A stretch of DNA of 62,573 nucleotides, counting the filler, from Bipalium vagum (lineage: Eukaryota), in NCBI GenBank assembly GCA_037834085.1. It is 3 parts of 3 records of this genome, joined end to end, with 100 filler letters (N's around TTAATTAATTAA, not from the genome) between each part and the next. Parts side by side here need not be neighbours in the genome. Positions count along the whole stretch, not along the records: positions 34,439 to 62,573 come from JBBMKC010066509.1; 2 more parts are not named here. The stretch is one strand, 5' to 3'. Positions 61,334 to 62,573 of this stretch are shown one piece after another (the first letter of the stretch is position 1; every line of letters begins with the position of its first letter). A program made the position numbers and the translations under genes. The notes below the pieces were generated by a model. The model saw nothing but the letters and a program-made list of their open reading frames with translations, was not told where the DNA came from and searched no databases.

Positions 61334-61782
61334 TGTAATCATAAAGGCAGAAGAAAATAAATAAAGAAAAATCCAGAAATTTCTTGACGTTAACACGCAA
61401 AAAACAGAATTACCCGTGAACTAGAATTCAGTAACAGGATTTCAATCAATCATTATCAAGCTATACTTTTGAGACTAAGATATCAAGGAGCACAGACACT
61501 TGATCAGATATATTGTCATCTGACAGCAATCGGAAACGCAAGAAGAAACGAAGAAACTTATATAAAGCAGGCAAAACTTATATTCAAAGAGAAGAGATAA
61601 TCGACTAAAAAGAGTAACACGTCGACAAAGACGACAGACAGAATTCGATTTGCAAGTTACCTTCCATCTACAAAGAAACAATGAGAGGTGATTTAACCAT
61701 CTACCCAGCAACGACAAACAGAATCAAACGAAAGCCAAGGACCCAACATTTGAGAAATACGACAGTTACCTACCGGTTGTCA
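61334..61782 (-). mobile_element. Possible solo LTR
   Basis: TG...CA bounded GC-richer non-coding block with a TATA-like motif and strong strand asymmetry; no TSD found. Confidence 0.3.
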
Positions 61783-62573
61783 TCAAAAAACTATATATTT
61801 CGATTCAGAAGTATCACAGTTTTATTTCATATTTTTTTAAGTAATTGTTTTTATATTTTAAATTTAACAATATCAATTTGATTTAAAATTGACTATTGTA
61901 AATATCTTTAAAATTCAACGGAATTAAACAATTGGATAGATCCCCAATTGTTGTTCCATCATCAAAATATTTTTTGTAACCTTTTATAACCTTTTTGCTT
62001 TCTCAACGCCAGGTAGGGCAGAGAAGCGCGTTTTCAATTCGAGGGCTCTTTAAGCTAAGACTGCAAAGAGTTTAACTGATATTCTAAATTATTCCGGGAC
62101 TTGTCATTAATAATATTGATTATTGTTCAACCAATTTTAAAAGTTTTTGAATCGTTATAAAAATAAAAGTATTAAACTCATTAATTTGTTTGATTTGACT
62201 TAGTGATAAAAACTTTTTATTGAAAATTACATTTATATTTTTTATTCATTCACACGCAAAATTACCGTTACCCAGTCGATTTAAATTAACCATACGTAAA
62301 CGCAACCTTTCACATAAACGAACGTTACACTCTCTAAATCCTTCTGATACTAAACGAGCTACGTTAAGTCTTTGAAAAGATATTTAAGGTGAAAGCAAGT
62401 TAAAACTAAGTCCTAACCAAATAATTTAAAGACTTAACATAATGTATAACGCATATATAAAGGTGCCTATAAATAAGATTCTCTTTTTTGCAAACTAAAA
62501 CGAAATAAGAATTAATAATGCATTGAAAGATATTGATATTTGTTTAAAATCTGTACAAATTTGGCGTAAATTT

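Noticed and set aside
58837-62573. Search for the receptor's signal-peptide exon
   Set aside because: Candidate phase-1 donors near 60336, 60645 and 62266 have in-frame stops or no hydrophobic core; the exon is probably outside the window.

Overview
Very AT-rich eukaryotic genomic DNA from a scaffold. It is probably a freshwater planarian: this is inferred from base composition, ~50-nt introns and a mariner resembling the Girardia/Dugesia cecropia-type element, and cannot be confirmed from the sequence. Two spliced genes lie on the minus strand. (1) 17078-29999: a 17-exon model of ~1056 aa, phase-consistent at every GT-AG junction. It encodes a protein 4.1-type FERM domain, a linker, two tandem SPRY domains closely resembling the SPRY insert of the RNA helicase DDX1 (no helicase motifs), and a Thr/Lys-rich tail. 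This is the most unusual object in the window. A candidate 87-nt in-frame stop/restart cassette exon lies in the FERM-SPRY linker. (2) 36284-58836: seven exons of a divergent non-alpha, predicted cation-selective nicotinic acetylcholine receptor-like subunit; its signal-peptide exon was not found. Its introns hold about 14 decayed DNA transposon copies or fragments (several mariner types including a nested pair, Tc1, maT/DD37D, rosa/DD41D, Chapaev3, a MITE). Also present: a DD37E-like relic, candidate solo LTRs (one with strong hairpins), a Gypsy-like LTR/PBS/gag relic with four zinc knuckles, microsatellites, and two artificial 100-bp N44-TTAATTAATTAA-N44 scaffold spacers. All family assignments are from recalled motifs, not database searches.
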